Notes under the pieces: model-generated
The model's input: only the letters and a program-made list of their open reading frames with translations
What the model was told of the DNA's origin: nothing
The model's database searches: none
In this document: positions 9,240 to 20,624 of the stretch, one piece after another
How positions within the stretch are numbered: position 1 is the stretch's first letter
Layout of the letters: the number at the start of each line of letters is the position of its first letter
Translations under genes and position numbers: made by a program
IMG/VR virus record: IMGVR_UViG_3300030116_006124
Span: 1 to 58,537 of that record
Source of the DNA: a virus
Lineage: Duplodnaviria; Caudoviricetes
Length of the DNA: 58,537 nt
Strand: one strand, 5' to 3'

Positions 9240-10370
9240 ATGGCAAAATACAGCGATTATACCGAACAGAAGAAAAAATTATTTGCTAGAGAGTTTGCAG
9301 AAAGGTTATATGCTTCTTTATTTCCTGACCCTACAAACAGTATGGTTCCTGCCAACGAAGCTGGTGTAGATTTTTTAATAAATCAATTAAGGGCAATAGG
9401 TTTATCAGAGCTTGTTAATGAAATATCTAATCAAAAAGATCTTTTTCCTCAAGGGCTTAGAGAAACCATAAAAGACAGGTTTGGGGGTAAAGGAGAAACA
9501 GGCAGAGAAAAACTAAGGCTGAATGCTTTAGGGTTCGCATCAGACCAGATGGTTGGTCTGACAGAACAAGAACAGATTGCTATGGCTTCAGGTGTTGATG
9601 TTTCTGAGTCTAACTTTGCTCAATTTGGTAAACTACCTGAAGGAACAACTTTTAAAAGAACTTCTGTTTTAAGTGAAGAAGGAGATATTCCATCTGCATA
9701 CAATACAAAAGTAAAACCAGATAGAATATTAAAAGCAGGGGAAGACATTGAAGGGCCACCAAGAGAAGCTCAGTTTTATAAACCAACTGCAGAACAATTA
9801 GCAGCTAGAAAAGCTGCAGATAAAGCAGAAATTTTAAAAACAGAAAGAGATAAACAAGCAGCTCTTGCAGGAACCGAAGGGCCGTATGGATATAGAGGAG
9901 GTTATGAACAGTTTCTAAGAGATCAGCAGATACTCGCTCCAACGGCTTTAGGTAAAAGAGAGAGGGACGGTAGCTTCCGTCTACGTACCCCTAGTGAAGT
10001 GCAAGCACGAATCCGTCAAGGTCAGTTTAATATACAACAACCTAAAAGAGAAGCATTACAAAGGTTTAGAGACAGGTTTGGTGGATTCCAACAAGAACGA
10101 AAGCAGTTTATGGAAGATACAGGAGAAGATCCTTTAGAGGTAGAAAAAAGAACAACTGCAGGACAACAGCAAATGGCTGCACAAGCAGCAGGAGAGCGTG
10201 AAAGACAGAAGAGAGAAATGTTGGATAAACAGTTTAAAGTTCAAGAACCTCCTGAATTTACTTCTGAGTTTGCCAAAGACGTAGAAGGATTGTCTCCTAC
10301 TGAAAAAGCAGAAGTTATGAGGATGGTAAAAGAAAAAGAAGAAGAAAAAAATAAGATGCTTGGTATATAA
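9240..10370 (+). CDS. Hypothetical, probable internal virion/ejection protein
   Basis: 376 aa, helical, Q/E/A-rich, in a cluster preceding the giant virion protein. Confidence 0.5.
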   Translation: MAKYSDYTEQKKKLFAREFAERLYASLFPDPTNSMVPANEAGVDFLINQLRAIGLSELVNEISNQKDLFPQGLRETIKDRFGGKGETGREKLRLNALGFASDQMVGLTEQEQIAMASGVDVSESNFAQFGKLPEGTTFKRTSVLSEEGDIPSAYNTKVKPDRILKAGEDIEGPPREAQFYKPTAEQLAARKAADKAEILKTERDKQAALAGTEGPYGYRGGYEQFLRDQQILAPTALGKRERDGSFRLRTPSEVQARIRQGQFNIQQPKREALQRFRDRFGGFQQERKQFMEDTGEDPLEVEKRTTAGQQQMAAQAAGERERQKREMLDKQFKVQEPPEFTSEFAKDVEGLSPTEKAEVMRMVKEKEEEKNKMLGI

Positions 10371-10372
10371 TT

Positions 10373-10777
10373 ATGAGTGTGAAAAGAACAGGAACATATT
10401 TTTCAAGAGATGGCGACGGTAGAATTATTGGAGGAGGCTCTATAAAAAAGAAAAAAAATCAAACAGACAAGCAAGGCGCTGAAGTAAATATAGTAGATAA
10501 TGTAGCTCAAGCTCGAATGGCTGCTCAAAACCCTTTAATGGGTGCATCTCCAAATTATGAGTCATCAATCCCTATCTCAGCGCAAGCAGCAAAAGCCGAT
10601 GCAGAGAATGCAGCTTTTTTTGGTCGCCCTCCAACTGATTTTGGCAGACCAATCGGAAAAGACAGAACATCCCCTGCAGCAAGCAGAGCTATGGGAGATA
10701 CGAGCCCAAGACCAGCCAGCAGAGCTTCTGCAAGGAGGATGGCTTTAAAAGAAGCTAACAAGAAACGTAAACAATAA
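10373..10777 (+). CDS. Hypothetical low-complexity protein
   Basis: 134-aa ORF in operon. Confidence 0.55.
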   Translation: MSVKRTGTYFSRDGDGRIIGGGSIKKKKNQTDKQGAEVNIVDNVAQARMAAQNPLMGASPNYESSIPISAQAAKADAENAAFFGRPPTDFGRPIGKDRTSPAASRAMGDTSPRPASRASARRMALKEANKKRKQ

Positions 10778-10797
10778 AAATTAAATAATTTACATAT

Positions 10798-11940
10798 ATG
10801 CAGTTTACTACAATGCCATCCTACGAGTTAGGTCAAAGGTACTCTTTAGACCGCCCATCTTCTAAATACAGAAGAGCTGCACGTAGGTTGCGTAGACAAG
10901 GTTATGCGGCAGCGGCACAACAAATGGCGTTAGAAGGGGAGAAGGTTCGTCTTAACGAACCGACAATAATGACTCCCGAAAGTAGAGCATTACAAAGAAA
11001 ATCAGCACAACGTATTGCTGAAATGAGTCAGGGAGGGTTGTCATCGATGACTCAGGCAGGGTCATCATTTGACCCAACAGCAGATATGGCTGATTTGCGT
11101 GGGACTTATTTTGCTGACGTAGCATCTTCTAGATTACCTGCTTCAGAGCAAGCAATGTTCGCCAAACAATTTCAATCAGAATTAGGTGGTATCTCAAGAG
11201 ATAGAAAAGCCTTTGTCGATTTACAAATAGCTCAGAGAAAGAATAGAGAAGAACAACTAACAGCTCAGATACGTCCACAAGTAGCTTCTAGAATTCAGCA
11301 GATTTTAGATTCTAAAGGTACAGACTCACAAAAACAAAAAGCACTGGTATCAACAATGATGACTCCCGCAGTTTCTTCAGTAATGAAAGATACTGGTATA
11401 AGCACATTGTTTACAAGAGCAGGAGAGTCTTTAAAAACAAGCAAAGCAGATCAAGATAAACTGCAAGGGCAGATTATGGATTTAGCGAAAGCAGGAGGAG
11501 ACATTACTCCTTTCGAAGGAATGTTATCACCTACGTATAAAGATATTACTAAATCTGTACAAAGGTTAGAGCAAACTAAACTTACTCGATCAGAGCAGTT
11601 AAAGGAGCTAGAAGATATTGAGGGTATGTTATTTAGACTAGAGGGAGCTGGATCATCAGACCCATTAGTTAGAGAACTCCTCACTAGTAAAGGTATAGGA
11701 CTGGATGGAAAAACAGATAAAGAAGTTATAATTAATTTAATTGAAATGCTTAAATATCCTTTAGGAGAAATGCCTAAAGAAGAACTAGCAGCGTTGAATG
11801 AGAAAGAAACAACAACACTCTTCAACGAAGCCTTTGGAATTCTAGCAAGGCAAAAAAGAATGCTTTCCATGAGACGTGGACAAGAATTAACTGCTCCTAA
11901 CGCTGCTGCAGAAGCTGCAGCAGCTAACTGGAGTGCGTAA
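10798..11940 (+). CDS. Hypothetical, probable internal virion/ejection protein
   Basis: 380 aa, helical, directly upstream of the 2881-aa protein. Confidence 0.5.
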   Translation: MQFTTMPSYELGQRYSLDRPSSKYRRAARRLRRQGYAAAAQQMALEGEKVRLNEPTIMTPESRALQRKSAQRIAEMSQGGLSSMTQAGSSFDPTADMADLRGTYFADVASSRLPASEQAMFAKQFQSELGGISRDRKAFVDLQIAQRKNREEQLTAQIRPQVASRIQQILDSKGTDSQKQKALVSTMMTPAVSSVMKDTGISTLFTRAGESLKTSKADQDKLQGQIMDLAKAGGDITPFEGMLSPTYKDITKSVQRLEQTKLTRSEQLKELEDIEGMLFRLEGAGSSDPLVRELLTSKGIGLDGKTDKEVIINLIEMLKYPLGEMPKEELAALNEKETTTLFNEAFGILARQKRMLSMRRGQELTAPNAAAEAAAANWSA

Positions 11941-11978
11941 TTTAATTATTTAATAACTATACAAACCCAAATTCTGCT

Positions 11979-14900
11979 GTGTCAGACCTATATCCAACAT
12001 TATCGTTGGGGGAGAAAACCCCCGTGCCTAATGACCTTGACGTAAACTTCAACGTCGCACCACTGCAATCGTTCAGTCAGTGGTCATCCTCTTCAGGGTC
12101 AAATATCAATGATCCATTGCTCAGTGCTCAAGGCTATGCCGATTACCAGAGAGGGCATTTCTTTCGTACAGGCGAACTTGACGACGAAGTAGAATCATCG
12201 ATTACACAAGGCTTAGTAGGTAGTTTACTTAATAATCAATTAGTAACTCCCGAACAAGTTGAGTCAGAGGATTTCTTAGATACACTCAACCCACAAGCTG
12301 ATGCACAGACTCAAGCCAACTTAGTCCGTATGGCGTATGGTGAGAGAGCGGGGTCTACTTATCTTAGTAACATACAAAGTGAAAGCGGGAATCAAGAGGA
12401 GCTTGATAAACAGCTTAATAGTGCGAAGACCTTACTGGTTGATTCAGGAGTGTTGCCCTTTGCCAGAGTTAAAGACGATAAAGGTGTAGATAAAATTATT
12501 GGTGGTGCTGGTATAACTGACAGGGGTAAATCACTGGATGATGCAGTTCGATTAGGGGCATTGAACTATTCAGATGCCTATCGTGTCATGTCTGGTTTAA
12601 AAAAGGGAATGTCCGATGCCAGTGTTTTTGAAAACATAAGAGAGGCACAGCTATTAACTGAACTTAATGCAGTATTAGGATCAGATGAAGATGCTGAAAT
12701 ACCACAGAATGCGCTCGATGTAATGCGTGGACTTATCAAATCAAAAGATGAGGATGCTACTTTAGATCAGGAGCAAGATATCTTAGCCGTTGTCGGTGAT
12801 ATACGTAAAGGTTTGTCATCAGCGTATGCACGTAAGAATGGATTCGGTGAAGGAGCTGCTCTTGAAAGATACTCTGATAAAGAAATCAGAGATGCTGTTG
12901 AGTTATTAGCAGCGAACGAGGTAAATGAAAAAGGAGAGTTTAAATTTTACGACGAAGATGATTCCAAGAACATCCGTGTATTAGGAAGTGGTCATGTAAT
13001 GGCGCACCCGAACCTTATGCAACAAAGAGAAAGGTTCGAGAAGGCAATCAAGAATGATGATAGATTGTCAGAGGATCAAATTACATCGCTCAGAAATCAG
13101 CGTAAATTGTACAGGCAGTTAACTTACGAACAGTACGATAAGTTTTTAGCCGATACAGCAGCGACAAGTGATAATTGGATAGCTGCAAAACAAGCGGGAA
13201 GAGCTAGCGGAGCCTCCGATGTAGACATATTGGATACCTTCTTAGCTGATAAACGTAATTACAGTTCTATAAAGAACAGATTAGGAGATATAGCAGCAAC
13301 GATACCTGATGCCGTTGTAGGGTTGTTTGCTTCATTAGGTGCTGTAGTTTTCAGAAGTGAGGGAGCTACAAAATATTTGGTTGATAACCAAATGGATAGG
13401 CAGCGTAGACGAGAAGTTGCTGCGATTTTCGGTGATGAGTTTGGTTGGGGTATGGATCTTTCTAACGTGGTTGCACCAATGGTTGTTGATGTCTCTGCGA
13501 CAGCTTTGTTGTCTGCAGGAACTTTAGGTGCTGGTGGTGTTCTATATGCTGGAACTAAAGCTGGAGCTAAACAAACAGCTAAAGCACTTGTTAAAAATTT
13601 AACTAAGGCTGCTACAGGTAGGCAGTTCGGTGATACAGCAAAAGACATTGCATTGAAGGCTGCAGCTAGAAAAGAAGGAAAGGATTCGGCTAAAACAGTA
13701 ACTGACAAAGGAGTACAAGAAGCAATCAAGGCTTATAACAAAGCGATAGCTAATAAAACTTTCCGTAAAGCAGCACCATTCCCGCCTTTATTTTTAACGG
13801 CTGCAAATAGGAGTGCGGGTAATACATACGCTACTGTGTATGCAGCACAGCCAGATTCCTTAACACACGAAGAAAAGCACGATGCTGCTTTGGGTTACGC
13901 ATTGATGGGAGGTACTGTGACAGGTCTAATTACGTCTGCGTTTATGGGTGTAGGTTTAGGTGGTTTCGAACAAGCGTTTCTTAGAGGCATGACTTATAAA
14001 GGTATGTCAGCAGGTATGTCAAAAATACTTAATTTAGATATAAGAGGTTTAACATCAACAAAAGTAAAAGAAGCTATAAAAGTTAGCGTTGAAAAGCAAC
14101 TCAAAGAAGCAGCTAAAAAATCTAGATTCATAAAAGAACTTGGAGTCCCCGCAGCAAGCGAAGCTGCTGAAGAAGGTCTTGATGAGTTTATACAAACATT
14201 CATTATGGATGCCGCCCTCAACGAAAACACGCCAATGATAGATCGTTTGATGGTCGGATTACATGCTGCTTCTTTAGGGGGTGTTATGGGTGGAGGTGTT
14301 GTAGGCGTTCAACGTATGTTTGATAAAGGTACAGGAGTTCGTTACGAAAGATTCCAACAACAAACTATAGATAAGATTATCTCTGATCTAGAAGGATCTT
14401 CTCCTCTAACACAACAGTTTTTAAGAGATAATAGAGAACAGATAACTAGACAATTACGGACTGCATCAAGATCTAGAGACCCTATCACCACGACTGTTTC
14501 TGACAGTGATGTTGATATGATCACCGATAGATATAACGAGTATCTTAGTGGTCGAATAACACAAAAAGAATTTGAAGAGAGTACTAATTCTACTCTTAAA
14601 GAAGCTGAAATTTTTGTAGATGGAGTTGAAGTTTCTCAAGCCAAAGAACTTCTTTCTCAAGAGATAACAGAAAAGCTCAAACAACAAAGAATAACTAAAG
14701 AAGACTCTGATTTTATTATTCAAGAAGGACAACAGAGAGAAACACAAGTAGGAGAACTTTCTCAAGAAACTGAAGAAAAACTTGAAAGACAATTAGAAGA
14801 AGGGAGACAAAGGGCTATAGAGCAAGAAGAGCAGCTTGTAAAAACTTTTGACACTGTGTGGGGGACTAGAGAAAAATCTATAGAGTTAGGGGAAGGACTT

Positions 14901-17900
14901 AGTGCAGATGAGCACTATCAAAGGTATCTAGACGCAAGAGCTGACGCAGAACAAGTTGCTGATTTCTGGGGTATGGAGTCTCGTGTAGATTATAATGAAA
15001 GTAATAAAGGATTAGGTGCTTACAGAGCAGAGCAAACTGAAGAAGGAATGCGTCTTGTTATAAACCCTTGGGGTCTTGCTAGGCTTACGATGGGTCTAAA
15101 TAAAGCTAACGCACAACACGTCGCTCGATTTGAAGCAGCTCATGAGGTTATACATCACGCAGCATGGAGGAACTTAGCGAAAGCTGAGATAGATGTCATA
15201 TTTTCTGCACTATCTGAAAATGAAGTAAACGATATTATAGACACATACTATAACACAGATGAGAAAAGACAGGCGGCTCGCAGCCAACTTAGCCCTGACT
15301 CTTTAAAAGTACAGCGACGTAATATGCAGCACATAATAGTTGATGAGTACTTACGCATGAAGGCTCAAAGAATTACTAAAGGCTATACCACAGAAGAAGA
15401 AATAAATTTCTACAAAAGTAACCCAAATTTCGTTCGGGTATTATTACGCTACTTGCGTTCTTATGTAAATCGTTTTAACGCTCTAAGAGAATTGAACGCT
15501 GATAACCCTGTCATATCTGCAGCTATGCACAGACTGACAGGCGAGATGACAAGACTTAAAGGTGGTTATCAGATTAATACTGCAGTCAAGTTTGATATTG
15601 ATGATCCAGAAAACTCTGTTAATAAACTTATAACATATCTCGATGATAAACCATTCATTGATCGTGATCCAAATAGGAAGATCGATATGGGTGTGCGCCA
15701 AACGCAAGCAGGTTCTTTAGATGAAAAGTATCTTAAACTGGCAGCAAACCCAGAAGCGAACCAACAAGAGTTACAGAAGATGGTGGATGACGCTGCTAAA
15801 AAAGCAGGATATAATATTGGCCCTTTGCTTCATGGAACGCCCTCTGAGTTTAACGCTTTCTCTTACAATAAAATAGGGTTTGGTACAGGTTTTCAATATG
15901 GCACAGGTTTTTATTTTACAACCTCACCAACACAAGCACGAGCATACGCCCGTGATAATGGAAAAGTTCTTTCCGCATATTTAAAAGTAGATAACCCACG
16001 AGCATTTAATTCCGCTCCGCTCTCATCAGAGGAACTCATACCTGTTATTGAAAGAGCTGCTGAACTAGAGCTTCAAGATAATTTAAGAGAAGACTCTCAA
16101 GCGGTTATTGACGATACTTTTATATCTAATTTTGGAGGCATTGAAGCTGCTGCAGAAATGTTAGCTAATGAAGATACAATAGCCGAACAACTCGGAGCCA
16201 TGAAAGGTAGTGGTGTTGCTCCTGAATATTACCATAAAGCCCTCAAACAAATAACTGGTATAGATGCTTTAACTGGTGTTGATAAGGAGCCTAGCAGTGT
16301 TGAATTCACCATAAAAGAAGGCAAGAGCGGAAGAAAATCCGTAAAGAATGTTGAGGTTGAAGGTACAAATGTCACAGTTGTACTTACTCCTGAACAAATA
16401 AAATTATCTGATCCTGTAACTAAAGATGATCGGGGTAATATTATTCCAATATCTGAAAGATTTTACAGAACCTCTCAGGACATAAGGTATACTCAAGCAG
16501 GTTCTTTAGAAGGTTTTTATGAAAATATAGAAGAGGTTCCTCCGATCACATCACAGGTAAACGAGAAAGAAGTTGATTCTCTCGTAAATGTAAAAACTGC
16601 TAGTGATCTTAACGATCCTGCAGAGCAAGAGATATTTGAGAAGGCGGTAGATAACATAAACAAGGATAGGTCAGGCATACTCGCTGTAGCTGCCAATCGT
16701 TTATTTTCAAAGGATGAATCAAAGAAGATAAATCAAGCAACATATAATGAAATCCGTAACAGAGTATTTCCTTATAAGAATGTAGATCAAGTTCCTAAAG
16801 CTCCTAATGCAGAAGATATAAAAAATGTGTGGCCTAAGAAAAAGGATGGTACTCCTTCTTCTAAAGTAATAGCAGGAGGAAGTACTAAGTTCGGGGCTAT
16901 CTCATATAACGATGCTTTTAAGGAACTCCAAAATCAAAAGGTTTCAGTTAGATTAGATATCCCTACATTTAATAAATCTATAAGGGAAAAAGATGCTCCT
17001 GTATATGCCGTCACTATAATGGGGCCAAATATGCAAGGTGCTTTAGCTTATACAGGTTATGCGAAAATTAAATTAGATGGTATAGAAAGCAAAGTTGGTC
17101 ATGCAGCCAAAATAGCTACAGGGACTAACAAATTTGTTATGGCTTCTACGGAAGGTGAACTGATGGAGTTCAAACCTAAAGACTTAAATGCTTTCCGTAA
17201 AGATTGGGCTAGTGGTAAAGTTGGCCCTAAAAAAACAGGTGAAGATCGTTGGGTCGAGGTTGCTGTTAATCCTTTAAGAAGCTCAGAGTTTGTGGATGTA
17301 ACGAACCCATTAGACCCTGTACCTGTGATAAATGGAAGCACTGCTATTCATGTAGGTAATAGGGTTTTTGTACAACAACCTGTATGGGGTAAAAGACCAG
17401 ATTATGGTGTAGAAGGGGATGTCCGATTCACACAAGCAGGTGGTCTTGAAAGCGGTACGTTCGAAACAACTGAAGGTGGTTTGGGTTATGGGGGTTATGC
17501 ACCTTTGTTTGATTTACCTTTCTTTGAGACTGGTAAGTATAGGAAAAAGAAAGATGGCTTATTTGGAAGTTTAGTGAATAAGTTTAGAGGAGAATTAGAC
17601 CCAAGAGTAAAGAGACTTATAGAGCAAAGGAGACAGATACAAGATGCTGTTGAAACTGATGTTGTTAACTTTAAGAATCAACTAGATAAAATAATCAAAG
17701 AAGACTTTGATGGTAAAGCACCTGTTGCTTTGATACAAGCATTAGTAGGTAGCCGTGAAAACATATCTCCCGAAACAGAACAAGCATATCTTGATTTAAT
17801 AAAAGGAGTTAAATCCGAATCGAAGATTGCTGAGATAAGAGCTGAGTATGTTGAAGGACGTAGAAAAGAATTTAGAGATAGGAAGAATAAAGCTATAAGC

Positions 17901-20624
17901 GAGTTAGCTAAAATACAAAAGGTTCCTGAAAAAGACTCTGATAAAACAAGACTAGTTAGGCATCTGCTTGGCGGGAAGATAGATGGTAAAAAAGTATTAG
18001 GGCTAAGAGCCTTAACTGATGAGCTATCAACAGTTATACGTGGCATTGTAGGGGAGGATAGTGAAATGGGTATTGCTATTGATGACAACTTAGAACTGTA
18101 TCTACACAGAGAGTATAAACTTTTTTCAGATAAAGAATACAGAGATAATATAAGAACAGACTCTAGATATGACACTGTACGGAAAAATGCAGGTGACTTT
18201 CTATATAAACAATATAAGACATTCAATAAAGATTGGCGTAACGAAGTCAAAAAGTTTCCTACGGTTGCTGAATTTAAAGCGAAGCTCGTAAATGATTATC
18301 TCGATTTACATATTAAAAGTGATAGATCGGCTTCTAATTTATTTAATAACCTTAAAGACCATAAAAAAAGTATTGTAAGTTTAAACATCGGAGCTTTGAA
18401 GAGACGTAAAAATCCTCCACAAGAGTTGCGAGAATTGTTAGGTCAAGTTGCCGATGAGACTGGATATAATGAACTACTAGAAACTTTCTCACATCTTGGC
18501 TTAGTTGCTTCTCAAATAAACTTCATTAGTAACCTCAAGAAGTTTGGTATGGATACCAAAAAAACAGGAGGGCAGCCATTTATTATAGAGGCCGAACTAG
18601 ACGAAGTGCAGGTTGAGGGAAAGGAAGCGACATACAAACCTGCACCTGAAGGTTATAGTATTTTAAAAGTAGCTGCTGGAGCAGATACTAGTATTATTAA
18701 TACAGCACCATTTGCAGACGGGAAAACTTATTATGTTCTTACAGAAATGGAACAAGCTGTTTCTGCTATACTTGACCCTGCAGCGAAAGTAAATCAGTCT
18801 GAAGCCGACAAAGCAAACCAGTTTGTTTCAGAAGTGGGGGCTAAGTTAACAGGTCTGTCTTTAGGAGCTAAGACATTAGGATCTATTGGATTCTATGTTC
18901 GAAACATACTCTCAAACATTGTTTTCTTTGGGCCATCTCAAGGGTTCTGGAGGTTTGGTAAGATGGGTCAATCATTACGGAAAGAGTTTATTCGTAAGAA
19001 ATACTTATCAATGGAGCCAGAAGAAGTGAGTGCATTTCATAGAACCATGATCGGATTAGGGGTTATCGGCAATGAAATAGAAGCGGGACTCTTACAGGAC
19101 TTTTTAACAAACCCTCGAAGCGAAGCACAGCTTCAGAAAGAACTGTTGGATAATCTTGATGGTCTTGAAAGTGAAACAAGTGGAGATAAGAAGGCATTAG
19201 ATATTAGTGTCATATCAGAGAAAGTAGGTAAATCGAGAGCAGGTAGGTTTGCTCGTAGGTTGAGAGAGCTATCACAAACTGTAGATAGTTTTTATAAGAT
19301 CGCTTACTTCATGAATGAGTTAGAGGTTTTACAACAAGCGAGAGCTAAACACGGTACTTCAACAGCAGAGAACCAGATTAATTATGGAGCCTTGAGCGAT
19401 GAAGAACTTATGCAGATGGCTGCTGATAAAGTAAAGAAAACTGCACAAAGTTATGATCAAGCCCCACCATTTGTTCAGAAGCTAAGAGACTCATGGTTCG
19501 GGGTAATGTTTGCTCCGTTCATCCGATTCAAACTGGAGGTTCCAAGGATCATGTTAAACACAGTCATTTTAGCGAGGAAAGAAATGGCAGATACTAATCC
19601 AGTTATTAGAAAACGAGGTAAGGATAGAATGATTGGATTCACTAGCGTGTTAGTAGGATTCTCTGCAATAACTCCAGTCATTGTGAACGCTCTCGCTGGT
19701 ATAGGAGATGAAGAGGAAGAAGCTCTTAGAGATTCGATGCCTGAGTATTTAAGAAGTAATTCATTCTTCTTCTTCAATACAGGAGGTAAATTATACTCAG
19801 CAGATTTAACTTATCTTAATCCGTACGCCATGATGGTCGATCCATTCCTACGTTCCTTTGATGAGTTAATGAGAGGTAGTCCATCAGAAGCGGGAGCCGC
19901 TTTCTTTAAAGCGATGATTGCTGATCAGTATCTCGACCAACAAATACTGGCAGGGGCTGTAACCAGTGCATTAAATAATAGAGATCCAGAGAATGGTAGA
20001 CCTATTACAGAGGTTAACGACACTGCGTGGGAAGCCTTCTCTAAAAAGTTCCAGTTTATTTTTTCAGAGGCTTATGCCCCAAGAACCCTTGAGAAAGTAT
20101 ACAGAGATGGTTTCGTTAAATTGATGGAGGGAGATCCAGATGTGTCTGATTTCATCATGACTCCTTTAGGGGCATTAGCTAAAGAGTTCTTACCCCTTAG
20201 ACCATATGAAATAGTTCCAGAGCAGCAGCTTGATCGATTCCTGTCAGAAAGAGCAGGTGAATATCGTAGAGCAGCAGCACTTAAAAACCGCATGTATACA
20301 GATGACTCGATATCAGAAGATGCTGTAAAAGGTATGGCTGATACGGAGATTGAAAGACGTAGGCGTATTAATGAACATTTAATAAAAGCATTTAGAGGAT
20401 TCAAGAAGTTAGGTCTTACCGACGAACAGATATATGCTCAAGCCTTAGAGCGTGGGTATGGTAAACGTCGAGTCGCCTTACTCTTAAATGGTTTGATGGA
20501 GCGTCCCGTTCTACAAACTCCATTTATTCGTAACATGGCAGTCAAAGGGGATACTCATATTCAAAGGTTGCGTACCTTCAATGATCAACTCGAAACTTAC
20601 GGACGTTACATTCCTGTAGAGTAG
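11979..20624 (+). CDS. Giant polyvalent internal virion protein (HExxH zincin-like, ART-PolyVal-like and C-terminal LPD-like regions)
   Basis: 2881 aa; AAHEVIHH; LHGT...F...GTGFYFT...ARAYA...VLSAYLKVDNP typical of ART-PolyVal; Gly-rich hydrophobic segments; three R[YFQ]TQAG linkers. Confidence 0.7.
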   Translation: MSDLYPTLSLGEKTPVPNDLDVNFNVAPLQSFSQWSSSSGSNINDPLLSAQGYADYQRGHFFRTGELDDEVESSITQGLVGSLLNNQLVTPEQVESEDFLDTLNPQADAQTQANLVRMAYGERAGSTYLSNIQSESGNQEELDKQLNSAKTLLVDSGVLPFARVKDDKGVDKIIGGAGITDRGKSLDDAVRLGALNYSDAYRVMSGLKKGMSDASVFENIREAQLLTELNAVLGSDEDAEIPQNALDVMRGLIKSKDEDATLDQEQDILAVVGDIRKGLSSAYARKNGFGEGAALERYSDKEIRDAVELLAANEVNEKGEFKFYDEDDSKNIRVLGSGHVMAHPNLMQQRERFEKAIKNDDRLSEDQITSLRNQRKLYRQLTYEQYDKFLADTAATSDNWIAAKQAGRASGASDVDILDTFLADKRNYSSIKNRLGDIAATIPDAVVGLFASLGAVVFRSEGATKYLVDNQMDRQRRREVAAIFGDEFGWGMDLSNVVAPMVVDVSATALLSAGTLGAGGVLYAGTKAGAKQTAKALVKNLTKAATGRQFGDTAKDIALKAAARKEGKDSAKTVTDKGVQEAIKAYNKAIANKTFRKAAPFPPLFLTAANRSAGNTYATVYAAQPDSLTHEEKHDAALGYALMGGTVTGLITSAFMGVGLGGFEQAFLRGMTYKGMSAGMSKILNLDIRGLTSTKVKEAIKVSVEKQLKEAAKKSRFIKELGVPAASEAAEEGLDEFIQTFIMDAALNENTPMIDRLMVGLHAASLGGVMGGGVVGVQRMFDKGTGVRYERFQQQTIDKIISDLEGSSPLTQQFLRDNREQITRQLRTASRSRDPITTTVSDSDVDMITDRYNEYLSGRITQKEFEESTNSTLKEAEIFVDGVEVSQAKELLSQEITEKLKQQRITKEDSDFIIQEGQQRETQVGELSQETEEKLERQLEEGRQRAIEQEEQLVKTFDTVWGTREKSIELGEGLSADEHYQRYLDARADAEQVADFWGMESRVDYNESNKGLGAYRAEQTEEGMRLVINPWGLARLTMGLNKANAQHVARFEAAHEVIHHAAWRNLAKAEIDVIFSALSENEVNDIIDTYYNTDEKRQAARSQLSPDSLKVQRRNMQHIIVDEYLRMKAQRITKGYTTEEEINFYKSNPNFVRVLLRYLRSYVNRFNALRELNADNPVISAAMHRLTGEMTRLKGGYQINTAVKFDIDDPENSVNKLITYLDDKPFIDRDPNRKIDMGVRQTQAGSLDEKYLKLAANPEANQQELQKMVDDAAKKAGYNIGPLLHGTPSEFNAFSYNKIGFGTGFQYGTGFYFTTSPTQARAYARDNGKVLSAYLKVDNPRAFNSAPLSSEELIPVIERAAELELQDNLREDSQAVIDDTFISNFGGIEAAAEMLANEDTIAEQLGAMKGSGVAPEYYHKALKQITGIDALTGVDKEPSSVEFTIKEGKSGRKSVKNVEVEGTNVTVVLTPEQIKLSDPVTKDDRGNIIPISERFYRTSQDIRYTQAGSLEGFYENIEEVPPITSQVNEKEVDSLVNVKTASDLNDPAEQEIFEKAVDNINKDRSGILAVAANRLFSKDESKKINQATYNEIRNRVFPYKNVDQVPKAPNAEDIKNVWPKKKDGTPSSKVIAGGSTKFGAISYNDAFKELQNQKVSVRLDIPTFNKSIREKDAPVYAVTIMGPNMQGALAYTGYAKIKLDGIESKVGHAAKIATGTNKFVMASTEGELMEFKPKDLNAFRKDWASGKVGPKKTGEDRWVEVAVNPLRSSEFVDVTNPLDPVPVINGSTAIHVGNRVFVQQPVWGKRPDYGVEGDVRFTQAGGLESGTFETTEGGLGYGGYAPLFDLPFFETGKYRKKKDGLFGSLVNKFRGELDPRVKRLIEQRRQIQDAVETDVVNFKNQLDKIIKEDFDGKAPVALIQALVGSRENISPETEQAYLDLIKGVKSESKIAEIRAEYVEGRRKEFRDRKNKAISELAKIQKVPEKDSDKTRLVRHLLGGKIDGKKVLGLRALTDELSTVIRGIVGEDSEMGIAIDDNLELYLHREYKLFSDKEYRDNIRTDSRYDTVRKNAGDFLYKQYKTFNKDWRNEVKKFPTVAEFKAKLVNDYLDLHIKSDRSASNLFNNLKDHKKSIVSLNIGALKRRKNPPQELRELLGQVADETGYNELLETFSHLGLVASQINFISNLKKFGMDTKKTGGQPFIIEAELDEVQVEGKEATYKPAPEGYSILKVAAGADTSIINTAPFADGKTYYVLTEMEQAVSAILDPAAKVNQSEADKANQFVSEVGAKLTGLSLGAKTLGSIGFYVRNILSNIVFFGPSQGFWRFGKMGQSLRKEFIRKKYLSMEPEEVSAFHRTMIGLGVIGNEIEAGLLQDFLTNPRSEAQLQKELLDNLDGLESETSGDKKALDISVISEKVGKSRAGRFARRLRELSQTVDSFYKIAYFMNELEVLQQARAKHGTSTAENQINYGALSDEELMQMAADKVKKTAQSYDQAPPFVQKLRDSWFGVMFAPFIRFKLEVPRIMLNTVILARKEMADTNPVIRKRGKDRMIGFTSVLVGFSAITPVIVNALAGIGDEEEEALRDSMPEYLRSNSFFFFNTGGKLYSADLTYLNPYAMMVDPFLRSFDELMRGSPSEAGAAFFKAMIADQYLDQQILAGAVTSALNNRDPENGRPITEVNDTAWEAFSKKFQFIFSEAYAPRTLEKVYRDGFVKLMEGDPDVSDFIMTPLGALAKEFLPLRPYEIVPEQQLDRFLSERAGEYRRAAALKNRMYTDDSISEDAVKGMADTEIERRRRINEHLIKAFRGFKKLGLTDEQIYAQALERGYGKRRVALLLNGLMERPVLQTPFIRNMAVKGDTHIQRLRTFNDQLETYGRYIPVE

